This document shows, piece after piece, positions 16,682 to 25,576 of a DNA stretch of 32,000 nt. This DNA comes from Pyrodictium occultum. Its GTDB lineage: Archaea; Thermoproteota; Thermoprotei_A; Sulfolobales; Pyrodictiaceae. The notes beneath the pieces were generated by a model, which was not told the DNA's origin, made no database searches, and saw only the letters and a program-made list of their open reading frames with translations. The stretch covers positions 1,020,001-1,052,000 of the forward strand of contig NZ_LNTB01000001.1 in the NCBI RefSeq assembly GCF_001462395.1. Direction: 5' to 3'. The number at the start of each line of letters is the position of its first letter. Positions within the stretch are counted from its first letter, which is position 1. A program made the translations under genes and the position numbers.

Positions 16682-16729
16682 GACTCCTCTTCTTTCTCCC
16701 GGCCCTGGGGCCTCTGCTGGGGCGCCGCT

Positions 16730-17557
16730 TTACTCTCCGATTCTTTCTAGCTCTTCTATAGCGTCCTCCGTGAGCCTCCAGCCCATGGCGCCTAGTATCT
16801 CGCGCAGATGCTCCCGGTTCTCGGTCTTGGGTATAGCCACCACCCTCGGCCTGGATATCAAGTAGTTTAGCGCCACCTGGATCGGCGTCCTGCCGACCCG
16901 CTCGGCGATCCTCCTCACCACTGGGTGCTCTGCAACCCTGCCTCTCTCAAGCGGTGTATAGGCTTGTATGGTCACATTATTCCGGAGCGCTAGGGGGAGG
17001 AGCTTCTCCTCCACCCAGCGGCGGTGAAGCACGCTGTAGTGAACCTGGTCTACAACTATCTCCGCGCTAGCGGTGGCGTGGAGGGCCTCCTCGAGCTCCC
17101 GGTCGTCAAAGTTGCTCACCCCTATGTAGCGGGCGTAGCCCTTCCCTATAGCGATCTTCTCCAGCCTCCTAACCTGCTCCGAGACCGGCATACCCTCGAG
17201 AGGCCAGTGGATGAGGATCAGATCCACGGTCTCGACGCCGAGCCTCCGGAGGCTAGCCCTTATGGCCTTCTCAAGCTCCTCGAAGCTGCGGAGCCTCCAG
17301 GGCAGCACCTTAGTGGTTACGAACACTCTCTCCCTGCCAACCTTCCTAAGGACCTCTCCGACAAGCTCCTCGGCAGTGCCCTCCCCGTACATCTCGGCTG
17401 TGTCTATGTTATCCACCAGCCCCGTCTCAATGGCCTCTACAAGGGCCTCGAAGGCTCTGCGAGGGTTGCGTATAGCCCAGGTGCCAAGCCCTATGGCTGA
17501 GACCGTGTCGCCGCCTATAGGCTTCCTATCGCCGTTATCCACCGGGAAGAGGGGCAT
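16730..17557 (-). CDS. Aldo/keto reductase
   Basis: SAIGLGTWAI, DTAEMYGEG, FVTTKV and LILIHWP motifs. I chose the start at ATG 17557 (MPLFPVDNG...). The 82 upstream codons of the track ORF are Arg/Pro/Gly-rich and overlap the marC-family gene. Confidence 0.85.
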   Translation of the reverse strand: MPLFPVDNGDRKPIGGDTVSAIGLGTWAIRNPRRAFEALVEAIETGLVDNIDTAEMYGEGTAEELVGEVLRKVGRERVFVTTKVLPWRLRSFEELEKAIRASLRRLGVETVDLILIHWPLEGMPVSEQVRRLEKIAIGKGYARYIGVSNFDDRELEEALHATASAEIVVDQVHYSVLHRRWVEEKLLPLALRNNVTIQAYTPLERGRVAEHPVVRRIAERVGRTPIQVALNYLISRPRVVAIPKTENREHLREILGAMGWRLTEDAIEELERIGE

Positions 17558-17649
17558 AGTCCTCAGCCTCGCCCGGGGCCTGGGGCGCCGGGGCTCATTA
17601 TTACCCCTGCCGCGGGAGATGAGTGGTGGACATAGACGCGCTGGTTGGG

Positions 17650-18252
17650 CTATTTTACTGCTATCCCCCAGTGGAGCAGGGCTGTGTGAACCATAGCCGC
17701 CCCCACGCCTGCCACGAATAGTGATGTTATCCTGGTGGGGATCCTCATGGTGCTCCAGCCTAGGACGCGGAGCATTGCCTCTGAGGCGACGAGGATAGCC
17801 CACACCGTGCCCACGGCAGCCAGTATGGCTGCGAACAGTGCTGCTCCGCCACCCTGGCTGGAGAATACTATGACATAGGTCATGGTTGCTGGGCCGACCA
17901 GCAGGGGCATGGCCAGGGGCACGAGGGCCGCATCCCTGGGGTCGGGAGCCATGGTCCTGGACTCGCCCTCAAGCCTATGGAGAGCTATGGCTATTAGGAC
18001 GATCCCGCCTGCCAGCCTGAACTCATCAAGGTTTATCATGTAGAGTCTGAGCAGGAGGTCCCCTGTCAGGGCTACGAGGAGCAGCAGGATGGCCGTGGCG
18101 GCTGCTACTAGGTTTGCAAGCCTCCTCCTCTCCCAGGGGTGGAGCTTGCCAGCTATGTCGAGGAATATGGGCGCGGCGCCGAAGGGGTTCATTATAAAGA
18201 CGAGGGTGGCGTAGTAGGTGACGAACTCGCCCAGCGCCCCCACGCCGGTCAT
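17650..18252 (-). CDS. MarC-family (UPF0056) integral membrane protein
   Basis: 200 aa, six hydrophobic segments, with FIMNPFGAAPIFL and FRLAGGIVLIAIAL motifs characteristic of the MarC family. Confidence 0.7.
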   Translation of the reverse strand: MTGVGALGEFVTYYATLVFIMNPFGAAPIFLDIAGKLHPWERRRLANLVAAATAILLLLVALTGDLLLRLYMINLDEFRLAGGIVLIAIALHRLEGESRTMAPDPRDAALVPLAMPLLVGPATMTYVIVFSSQGGGAALFAAILAAVGTVWAILVASEAMLRVLGWSTMRIPTRITSLFVAGVGAAMVHTALLHWGIAVK

Positions 18253-18280
18253 GAGGGGGGCTACACCCCCCGGGGCTAGG

Positions 18281-19534
<1,254 letters not shown>

Positions 19535-19582
19535 CCCACCCAGCCCACTAGGGCCGAGGGGGACCCCAGGCTAAAGAATGAT

Positions 19583-19633
19583 GCCTCCACGGGCTATAGC
19601 CGTCCAGCAGCTTGAGAGGCTGACTCCGTGGAG
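19583..19633. other. Hairpin: 9-bp perfect stem CCTCCACGG / CCGTGGAGG enclosing a 33-nt loop that itself contains the palindrome GGCTATAGCC
   Basis: Read directly. Located between the tRNA-Trp 3' end and the ahcY promoter. Confidence 0.5.
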
Positions 19634-19690
19634 GTGGAGGGCCGCCAGAGGCTGCAGGGGCCTAGGACCAGTGTTGGGGTTGCTGGGGCA

Positions 19691-19826
19691 TGGTGGGCCC
19701 GGGGGGATTTGAACCCCCGACCTCCGGGTCTCTCCCTCTCATCCGTGGGCTCGACAGACCCGGCGCCTATGGGCCGGAGCTAAGGGGTCTGGAGCCCGGC
19801 GCTCTGCCTGGCTGAGCTACGGGCCC
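19691..19826 (-). tRNA. tRNA-Trp (anticodon CCA) with a 59-nt intron at the canonical 37/38 position; CCA end genomically encoded
   Basis: Hand-folded: GGGCCCG-UA-GCUC-AGCCAGGCA-GAGC-G-CCGGG-CU-CCA-G / intron (19730-19788) / A-CCCGG-AGGUC-GGGGG-UUCAAAU-CCCCC-CGGGCCC-A-CCA. All four stems are fully Watson-Crick paired. Confidence 0.9.
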
Positions 19827-19931
19827 ATCCAGGCAGTCTCAGGGCCCACCATGACGCTCATCCCCGCGCCCCGGTGGAGCGCGGGTCAGCCGGGGGTTCA
19901 ACCCACGAGGCTAGGGGGCAGCTGGAGGGGT

Positions 19932-20423
19932 TTATTCCTTACCGTCTCTGCAGGCCTCGGCCAGCACGCAGCCCGCGCCGGGGCAGCCTAGGACGCGGAG
20001 CGCCCTCATGGCTAGCGACGCGGTCTTGGGATGGATGCCCAGCCTCGCGGCAGCCTCCCTAGGGGCTGCAGCTCCCTCCAGCACCGCCCTGTAGACCCAG
20101 CAGGCAAGGCTCAGCGGCACCGTATAGCCCCGGAGGCCTCTCCTAGGCCTCACGGCGACCAAGACCAGGCGCCCGGGCGTCAATAGCACGAACTTGTTAG
20201 GAGCCCTTGCAGCATAGTATACCCGGCCTACCAGGCCGGCGCCGCGCTCGGTAACCTCTATAGAGGACCCGTTAACCGTCACCAGGCCTCGGCGCGCTGC
20301 AGCCCAGAGCAGTCTCCGGACCGTGGAGCCCGGCACGCCAAGCAGCCCGGCGAGGGTGCGCCTGTCAAGCCCCTGCCTCGTGTAGGCTAGGAAGAGGATA
20401 GGCAGGAGCCACTCTAGACCCAT
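19932..20423 (-). CDS. Putative DNA-binding protein with two HTH/winged-helix-like modules and a Cys-rich C-terminus
   Basis: N-terminus LDRRTLAGLLGVPGSTVRRLLWAAARRGLVTV. C-terminus PREAAARLGIHPKTASLAMRALRVLGCPGAGCVLAEAC. TATA (minus-strand ATAATAAA, plus coords 20486-20493) and a GGGGTGG Shine-Dalgarno-like element upstream. Function unknown. Confidence 0.5.
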   Translation of the reverse strand: MGLEWLLPILFLAYTRQGLDRRTLAGLLGVPGSTVRRLLWAAARRGLVTVNGSSIEVTERGAGLVGRVYYAARAPNKFVLLTPGRLVLVAVRPRRGLRGYTVPLSLACWVYRAVLEGAAAPREAAARLGIHPKTASLAMRALRVLGCPGAGCVLAEACRDGKE

Positions 20424-20537
20424 GGAGCCCCTGCCACCCCAAGGAGGCGGGAGCCCACACCCGGGAGAGAGCCCCCGTCGGCCCCTTTATTATCATAGCA
20501 CACGAGAGGAGAGCTGGAGGGCGGCCCCCGGGCTCCA

Positions 20538-20573
20538 GAGAAAACTAGAGAAAAGCTAGTAAAAACTAGAAGG
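20538..20573 (-). terminator. Three tandem CTAG(C)TTTT(T) modules at ~10-bp spacing downstream of cren7
   Basis: The minus strand reads CCTTCTAGTTTTTACTAGCTTTTCTCTAGTTTTCTC, 40-75 nt after the cren7 stop. Oligo-T runs act as archaeal terminators. Confidence 0.6.
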
Positions 20574-20611
20574 TTAAGCTTGACAGCCCGCACCCCAGCG
20601 CTGCCTCGGTG

Positions 20612-20806
20612 CTAGCTGCATATCGGGTAGTCGTCTGGGACCTTGGCGCGGAAGTACTTGCCTGTCTCGGGGCTCTTGAATAGGCCTATCTTTACTCCCT
20701 TCCTCCCCCTGGGGGCTAGCTGCCACACCTTGATCGGCACCAGCTCCGCCTCCTTGCCGGTTGTGGGGTCACGAACCCTCACAGCCTTCTCACACGCCAA
20801 GCACAA
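20612..20806 (-). CDS. cren7: Chromatin protein Cren7
   Basis: [54 protein letters not shown] matches the Cren7 pattern almost residue for residue. Start is TTG at 20806, or TTG at 20800 giving MACEK... Confidence 0.9.
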   Translation of the reverse strand: MCLACEKAVRVRDPTTGKEAELVPIKVWQLAPRGRKGVKIGLFKSPETGKYFRAKVPDDYPICS

Positions 20807-21040
20807 ACACCCCCACTAACTCCCCTTACTCCGGTAGTAGTGGCGGGACTTGCATACAGTTGAATGTATCCATTCAGAGTACACGCCGATCTACATGCGA
20901 AGGTTCTCGCCCTGCCTTGCCGCGGCAAGCCCGTGTATGCCCAAGACGCAATCAGAGAGGCTATGATACATGAGCGGGGCCGGCCTAGAGCACATGGCCT
21001 GGTAATACGCTGGGTGTCGGGGGAGCCGCCGAGCGATAAC

Positions 21041-21048
21041 TTGATAAA
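21041..21048 (+). promoter_or_regulatory. TATA box TGATAAAT for tRNA-Met(CAU)
   Basis: Lies about 40 nt upstream of the mature tRNA 5' end. The same TTGATAAA core recurs upstream of tRNA-Asn. Confidence 0.6.
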
Positions 21049-21084
21049 TCCCGCGAGCAGCCCGGATTCCTAACCATGGAGTCT

Positions 21085-21161
21085 GGGCCCGTAGCTCAGC
21101 CCGGCAGAGCGCCCGGCTCATAACCGGGTGGTCGGGGGTTCGAATCCCCCCGGGCCCACCA
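21085..21161 (+). tRNA. tRNA with anticodon CAU: elongator Met, or Ile2 if C34 is modified; not an initiator
   Basis: GGGCCCG-UA-GCUC-AGCCCGGCA-GAGC-G-CCCGG-CU-CAU-AA-CCGGG-UGGUC-GGGGG-UUCGAAU-CCCCC-CGGGCCC-A-CCA. It lacks the A1:U72 pair and the GGG/CCC anticodon stem of archaeal initiator tRNA. Confidence 0.9.
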
Positions 21162-21292
21162 CCTTCTCCGGCTCCTGCCTATGGGCGCTGCTGCATCCCT
21201 CCCTTAGACCGGTCTCCTCCCAGTACACGTGTCAAGCCGCGCCGGCAAGCATCTGCTCGGCGCCGGCGCTATAGCGGATAAACCGCGTAAAG

Positions 21293-21300
21293 TTGATAAA
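21293..21300 (+). promoter_or_regulatory. TATA box TTGATAAA for tRNA-Asn
   Basis: Lies about 45-50 nt upstream of the mature 5' end and shares its core with the tRNA-Met promoter. Confidence 0.55.
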
Positions 21301-21342
21301 ACCTCCAGCCGGGGTGGCTGTCGTAACGGCCGCCGGGCAGGG

Positions 21343-21420
<78 letters not shown>

Positions 21421-21652
21421 CGCATCCTGTTATCCCTCTACTAGAGGCCCCCGGGCGCATGCCCCGTTCTTCCTACCCCCCGGGGGGTGCCGCCCCGCCG
21501 CGATGGTTTGTGCCTGGAGGCGGGCTCCCTCAACGATTCTTCTTACTGAAAAAGTTATTTAAAGGCATTTATGGTTTGCTTGTGTGCTACCGGTTTACCG
21601 GCTGCTGTGGCGCAGGGTTCTCCCGGGTCAGCCTCTGCGGGGCAGTAGAGCG

Positions 21653-23068
21653 TTGAGCCGGCTAGGGGATAGGCTGAGGGAGATACTGGGCAGCGACAAG
21701 GTGGTCACCGACCCCATTATAATAGAGCTTTACTCTAGAGAGGCTACGGGGCTCAACGCGGACACGCTCCCGGAGGCTCTTGTATTCGCGGAGAGCGCCG
21801 CGGACGTGTCGAAGCTGCTGGCTTTCGCCTACCGTTACGGGATCCCCGTGTACCCGCAGGGGTCCACGTCCAGCCTCTCGGGCTCCGCGCTGCCCTCCGG
21901 CGGTGTGGTGCTCAGCCTTGAGCGTATGAGGCGCATAAAGGAGGTGAACGTTGTTGATGGTGTTGCCGTGGCGGAGCCCGGGGTCCGGATAGATGATCTC
22001 AATATAGAGCTCGCTAGGTATGGGTACATGTTCCCCGTCGACCCTGCCAGCTCCTCCGTGGCCACTGTCGGCGGTGCCGTCAACACGGGTGCTGGAGGGC
22101 TACGGGGAGCCAAGTATGGTACAATGAGGGACTGGGTACTCGGGCTCGAGGTGGTGCTTCCCGACGAGGAGGGTACGGTTATGCGGATTGGCTGTAGGAC
22201 TGTGAAGTGCCGGCAGGGCTACGACCTGGTTAGGCTTATTGTGGGCAGTGAGGGCACGCTTGCCGTAGTCACCGAGGCGACGCTGCGCATAGCTCCGCTC
22301 CCTGAGGCCGCTGTCACACTGCTCGCCTTCTTCGATGATCTCCAGGGGCTACTGGATACCGTGGTCGAGATAAGGTCGGAGGGCGTGCAGCCTCTAATAA
22401 TGGAGTTCATGGAGCGGCGCACCGTGGAGCAGGCAGCCGGCTTCCTAGGCTGGCACGGCAAGCTGAGAGGCCACATGCTCCTGGTGAGTGTTGACGTTAA
22501 CCGCGAGGCTGCCAGCCGGGTTCTAGCATGGCTGGAGAGGGTGGCCAGGGGTAATGGAGCGGGCCTAGTCTATACGGCTAGGAGCCTGGAGGAGGCTGAG
22601 AAGAAGGGGCTCTTCCAGCTCCGTAGGAGCCTCTTCCCCGCGCAGGTTGAGCTGTCTAGGAGGCTTCTCGGCTCCGAGAGGGTGCAGGTCTATGTGGAGG
22701 ATATAGCTGTGCCGCCCTCGAGGCTTGCAGAGGCTGTGGAGAGGCTCCTGGAGCTGGAGGAGAAGTACAGGCTCCCCATGATGCTCGGCGGTCATATAGG
22801 TGACGGCAACCTTCACCCTGCCGTGGGCTTTGACCCCGGGGACCCTGAGGCTAGGAGGAGAGTTTGGACCTGGTTCCACGATGTCATGAGGCTCGCTGTG
22901 GAGCTGGGCGGCACTGTCAGCGCTGAGCACGGGATAGGTGTGCTGAAGAAGGAGGGGCTCAGGATGGAGCTGGAGGCCCTAGGCTCCCTGAAAGCGCTGG
23001 AGATCATGAAGGCGATTAAGCGGGTCTTTGATCCGAAGGGGATACTGAACCCTGGCAAGGTGGTGTAG
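21653..23068 (+). CDS. FAD-linked oxidase, GlcD / D-lactate dehydrogenase family
   Basis: FAD-binding PCMH-type N-domain (VYPQGSTSSLSGSALP, GGAVNTGAGG) and C-terminal GGTVSAEHGIGVLK...FDPKGILNPGKV. The TATA TTATTTAAAG at ~21558-21567 places the TSS after the track start at 21584. The first in-frame start downstream is TTG 21653 (MSRLGDRLREILG...). Confidence 0.85.
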   Translation: MSRLGDRLREILGSDKVVTDPIIIELYSREATGLNADTLPEALVFAESAADVSKLLAFAYRYGIPVYPQGSTSSLSGSALPSGGVVLSLERMRRIKEVNVVDGVAVAEPGVRIDDLNIELARYGYMFPVDPASSSVATVGGAVNTGAGGLRGAKYGTMRDWVLGLEVVLPDEEGTVMRIGCRTVKCRQGYDLVRLIVGSEGTLAVVTEATLRIAPLPEAAVTLLAFFDDLQGLLDTVVEIRSEGVQPLIMEFMERRTVEQAAGFLGWHGKLRGHMLLVSVDVNREAASRVLAWLERVARGNGAGLVYTARSLEEAEKKGLFQLRRSLFPAQVELSRRLLGSERVQVYVEDIAVPPSRLAEAVERLLELEEKYRLPMMLGGHIGDGNLHPAVGFDPGDPEARRRVWTWFHDVMRLAVELGGTVSAEHGIGVLKKEGLRMELEALGSLKALEIMKAIKRVFDPKGILNPGKVV

Positions 23069-23070
23069 GT

Positions 23071-23409
23071 GTGCCGGACCTGGAGAAGCTACGCGAGGCC
23101 GCGCGGCAGGAGGCCGAGATGTGCCTCTACTGCGGCTTCTGCGAGGCGGTGTGCCCGACCCTCAGCCACGGCCCTCACCGGGGCTACGGGCCCCGTGGCC
23201 GCCTGGCTGTGGCGGCGCGGCTCTTGGCCGGAGGGAGGGCTTCTGGGGAGGCCCTTGCCTCTATCTACTCCTGCCTCCTCTGCAGGGCCTGTACCCTGAG
23301 GTGCCCCGTCTCCATAGATGTGGCTGATATAATGCGTGTTGTACGTGTCCTCTACAGCTCTGGAGGGCTGGAGGGCGAGCGGCAGGTGGAGATACGGGTT
23401 AGGGGGTGA
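23071..23409 (+). CDS. 2x[4Fe-4S] protein, HdrC / GlcF-N-terminal-like
   Basis: CLYCGFCEAVCP and CLLCRACTLRCP motifs. GTG start 3 nt after the glcD-like stop. Confidence 0.8.
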   Translation: MPDLEKLREAARQEAEMCLYCGFCEAVCPTLSHGPHRGYGPRGRLAVAARLLAGGRASGEALASIYSCLLCRACTLRCPVSIDVADIMRVVRVLYSSGGLEGERQVEIRVRG

Positions 23410-23418
23410 GCCCCGGGG

Positions 23419-24387
23419 TTGGATCTCCGCTCTGTGCTCTCAGCCATAGCTGAGACCACTCTACGCACCGGGCTGCCGGTGCCAGCGCCTCGGGAGGCTG
23501 TGTACCGGTGGGCCCAGCCCCTGGGCCTGCCGCGTAACGGCCGGGTATACCTCTACACCGGAGCCCTCTACCAGCTAGTCCCCTACATAAAGGCCTACGT
23601 CTCGCTGCTCGAGCAGCTCGGCAAGGGGGGCTCTAGGCTCGCGAAGCTCGCCTCCACGAGGCTGGCAGCAAGGGTGGTGAGGCCCGATAGGCGGGAGAGC
23701 GAGCTTGTGGAGGGGATACTCTCCTCGATAGCCCGGCTCCTCTCGAGGGCTGGGGTCGAGTACGCCTATCTCTACGAGGACGACTTGTATAGCGGGGTGC
23801 TTCTCTACGACCTCGGGCTCGAGGAGGCGTTCAGGAAGCACGCGGCGAGAGTCTATGAAGCGTTGAGGAGGAGGGGCGCCGAGAAGCTGATAACGGTGGA
23901 CCCTCACACCACCTATGTTATGCGCAGCGTCTACCCGGAGTACGTGGAGGGCTTCAGCATAGAGGTGGTTAACTACCTGGAGCTGCTTGCCGAGAGGCTC
24001 GGCTCCAAGCCGGCCCGAGCGCCTGGCAGCCTAGGCGCCATGGTCATTCACGATCCCTGCCTCTACGCCAGGGCGCTGGGCATAGTAGAGCAGCCTAGGC
24101 GCCTCCTGAAGGCTGCCGGGGTGGAGGTTCTCGAGCCGAGGAGAAGTGGGAGAATGACCTACTGCTGCGGGGGGCCTGTCGAGGCCCTCTCCCCCAGGCT
24201 AGCGCGGAGGATCGCTGAGGCAAGGCTCCGGGAGCTTAGGGAGAAGTCGGAGAGGGTGGTCACCCTATGCCCCATCTGCTATGCTAACCTCTCGAGGGTG
24301 GCCAGGGACGAGACTATAGTGGATATAGCGCTGGTGCTTGCCAAGGGCTTCCTCGGCGTCGATGGGGGTGCTGCAGCTGGTGAGTAG
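23419..24387 (+). CDS. CCG (cysteine-rich) domain protein, HdrB / GlcF-C-terminal / LutA-like
   Basis: IHDPCLYAR...TYCCGGP...LCPICYANL in the C-terminal half. The N-terminal half has the same layout but lacks the cysteines. Confidence 0.7.
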   Translation: MDLRSVLSAIAETTLRTGLPVPAPREAVYRWAQPLGLPRNGRVYLYTGALYQLVPYIKAYVSLLEQLGKGGSRLAKLASTRLAARVVRPDRRESELVEGILSSIARLLSRAGVEYAYLYEDDLYSGVLLYDLGLEEAFRKHAARVYEALRRRGAEKLITVDPHTTYVMRSVYPEYVEGFSIEVVNYLELLAERLGSKPARAPGSLGAMVIHDPCLYARALGIVEQPRRLLKAAGVEVLEPRRSGRMTYCCGGPVEALSPRLARRIAEARLRELREKSERVVTLCPICYANLSRVARDETIVDIALVLAKGFLGVDGGAAAGE

Positions 24388-25576
24388 AGTCCTCCGCGAG
24401 GTCGAGGAGGCTCTCGAGGACGATTCGCTGAGGAGGGCCCTGGAGAGAGCGGCGGAGAATAATGAGAGGAACGTGGCCAGGGTGCTGGAGAGGCACCCGG
24501 AGGTAGAGCACCTAGCCAGAGAGGTTGAAGAGGCCAAGAAGAGCGTTATCGAGAGGCTAGACTACTATATAGATAAGGCTATGGAGAGCCTGCGGCGTGT
24601 CGGGGCCAGGCCGTACCTTGCCGAGACCCCGGAGGAGGCTAGGGAGATAGTTGCCGGCATAGTTGGGCGCGGGAAGCTAGTGGTTATGTCTAAGAGCATG
24701 GTTGCCGAGGAGCTAAGGCTCCGGGAGCACCTGGAAGCCCTTGGCAACAGGGTCTGGGAGACGGACCTGGGGCAGCTGCTCGTGCAGCTTGAGAACGGTA
24801 GGCCCATGCACACGATCGCCCCGGCGGTCCACATTAGCCGCGTGGAGGCGGCGAGACTGGTCTCTGAGCGGCTCGGGCTTGAGCTATCTTCCGGCAGCCC
24901 TGAGGAGATCGTTGAGGCTGTGCGCCGGTTTCTCCGGGAGAAGCTGGTGCATGCAGACGTGGGTATTACCGGCGCTAACGCGGTGGCCGCCGACACGGGC
25001 GCCGTGTTCCTAGTGGAGAACGAGGGCAACATTAGGATTGTATCCGGCCTCTCCAGGAAGCACGTAGTAGTTACGGGCGTCGACAAGATAATGCCAACCA
25101 TACTGGATGCTTTCAAGGCTGTCCTGGTGCAGGCTGCCTATGCTGGCCTCTACCCGCCGACCTACGTGAACGTCACCGCTGGACCCAGCAGCACTGCCGA
25201 CATTGAGCTCCACCGTGTCTATGGCGCCCAGGGGCCAAGGGAGGTTCACGTAGTGCTAGTTGACAATGGCAGGAGGAGGGCTGCAAGGCATCCGGTTCTC
25301 TCGGAGCAGCTGCGCTGCATCCGCTGCGGCAGGTGCCAGCTGGAGTGCCCGGTATGGCAGCAGTCTGCGAACCACTGGGGAGGAAGGGTCTATGGAGGCC
25401 CTATGGGGCTCGGCTGGACCGCCGTAACCGAGAGCCTTGAGGTGGCTGCCGAGGCTGCAATGCTCTGCCTCGGCTGTATGAGGTGCGACCTAGTCTGCCC
25501 CATGGAGATACCCTTGTCGAGGATAGCGGCTTGGCTGAAAAGGCAGTACACCAGGAGGATGGGGCTATCCGGGTGA
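24362..25576 (+). CDS. LUD-domain iron-sulfur protein (LutB-like)
   Basis: Central LUD/DUF162-like region (ADVGITGANAVAADTGAVFLVENEGN) plus CIRCGRCQLECP and CLGCMRCDLVCP. ATG at 24362 is preferred over the track start 24338 and overlaps the upstream gene by 26 nt. Confidence 0.7.
   Translation: MGVLQLVSRVLREVEEALEDDSLRRALERAAENNERNVARVLERHPEVEHLAREVEEAKKSVIERLDYYIDKAMESLRRVGARPYLAETPEEAREIVAGIVGRGKLVVMSKSMVAEELRLREHLEALGNRVWETDLGQLLVQLENGRPMHTIAPAVHISRVEAARLVSERLGLELSSGSPEEIVEAVRRFLREKLVHADVGITGANAVAADTGAVFLVENEGNIRIVSGLSRKHVVVTGVDKIMPTILDAFKAVLVQAAYAGLYPPTYVNVTAGPSSTADIELHRVYGAQGPREVHVVLVDNGRRRAARHPVLSEQLRCIRCGRCQLECPVWQQSANHWGGRVYGGPMGLGWTAVTESLEVAAEAAMLCLGCMRCDLVCPMEIPLSRIAAWLKRQYTRRMGLSG

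Noticed and set aside
17558-17803. N-terminal 82 codons of the AKR track ORF
   Set aside because: The sequence is Arg/Pro/Gly/His-rich and overlaps the marC-family gene 3' end. The canonical AKR N-terminus begins at the internal ATG 17557.
19577-19622. C/D-box sRNA-like elements (AUGAUGC at 19577-19583, CUGA at 19619-19622) between ahcY and tRNA-Trp
   Set aside because: The C box is imperfect. There are no D'/C' boxes and no terminal stem pairing the flanks, and the spacing (35 nt) is short. The AT patch is better explained as the ahcY TATA region. The 9-bp hairpin is kept as a separate feature.
19730-19788. tRNA-Trp intron as a bona fide C/D-box guide RNA, as in Euryarchaeota
   Set aside because: Only GGAUGA and CUGU approximations are present, with no canonical RUGAUGA/CUGA pair. 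It is retained only as a low-interest question.
19885-19910. tRNA T-arm-like fragment (CCGGGGGTTCAACCCAC) upstream of tRNA-Trp, considered as a possible att-site or integration scar
   Set aside because: Only ~11 nt match the tRNA T-arm, and the complementary stem half is missing. There is no integrase or foreign-looking genes nearby, and the flanked genes (cren7) are core.
20864-21073. 69-aa plus-strand ORF between cren7 and tRNA-Met (MYPFRVHADLHAKVLALPCRGKPVYAQDAIREAMIHERG...)
   Set aside because: The composition is not absurd, but there is no promoter or Shine-Dalgarno element. Its 3' end contains the tRNA-Met TATA box and it has no recognisable motif. Coding cannot be supported from sequence alone.
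21476-21487. C6G6 palindrome (CCCCCCGGGGGG) downstream of tRNA-Asn
   Set aside because: It is a simple homopolymer palindrome in a GC-rich genome. It has no loop to form a hairpin and no associated T-run or gene boundary logic.
24565-25116. 183-aa minus-strand ORF antisense to the LutB-like gene (similarly 10266..10949 antisense to the aldolase, and 17024..17696 antisense to the AKR)
   Set aside because: These are antisense shadows with Ser/Thr/Pro/Arg-rich composition, and the sense genes carry clear family motifs.
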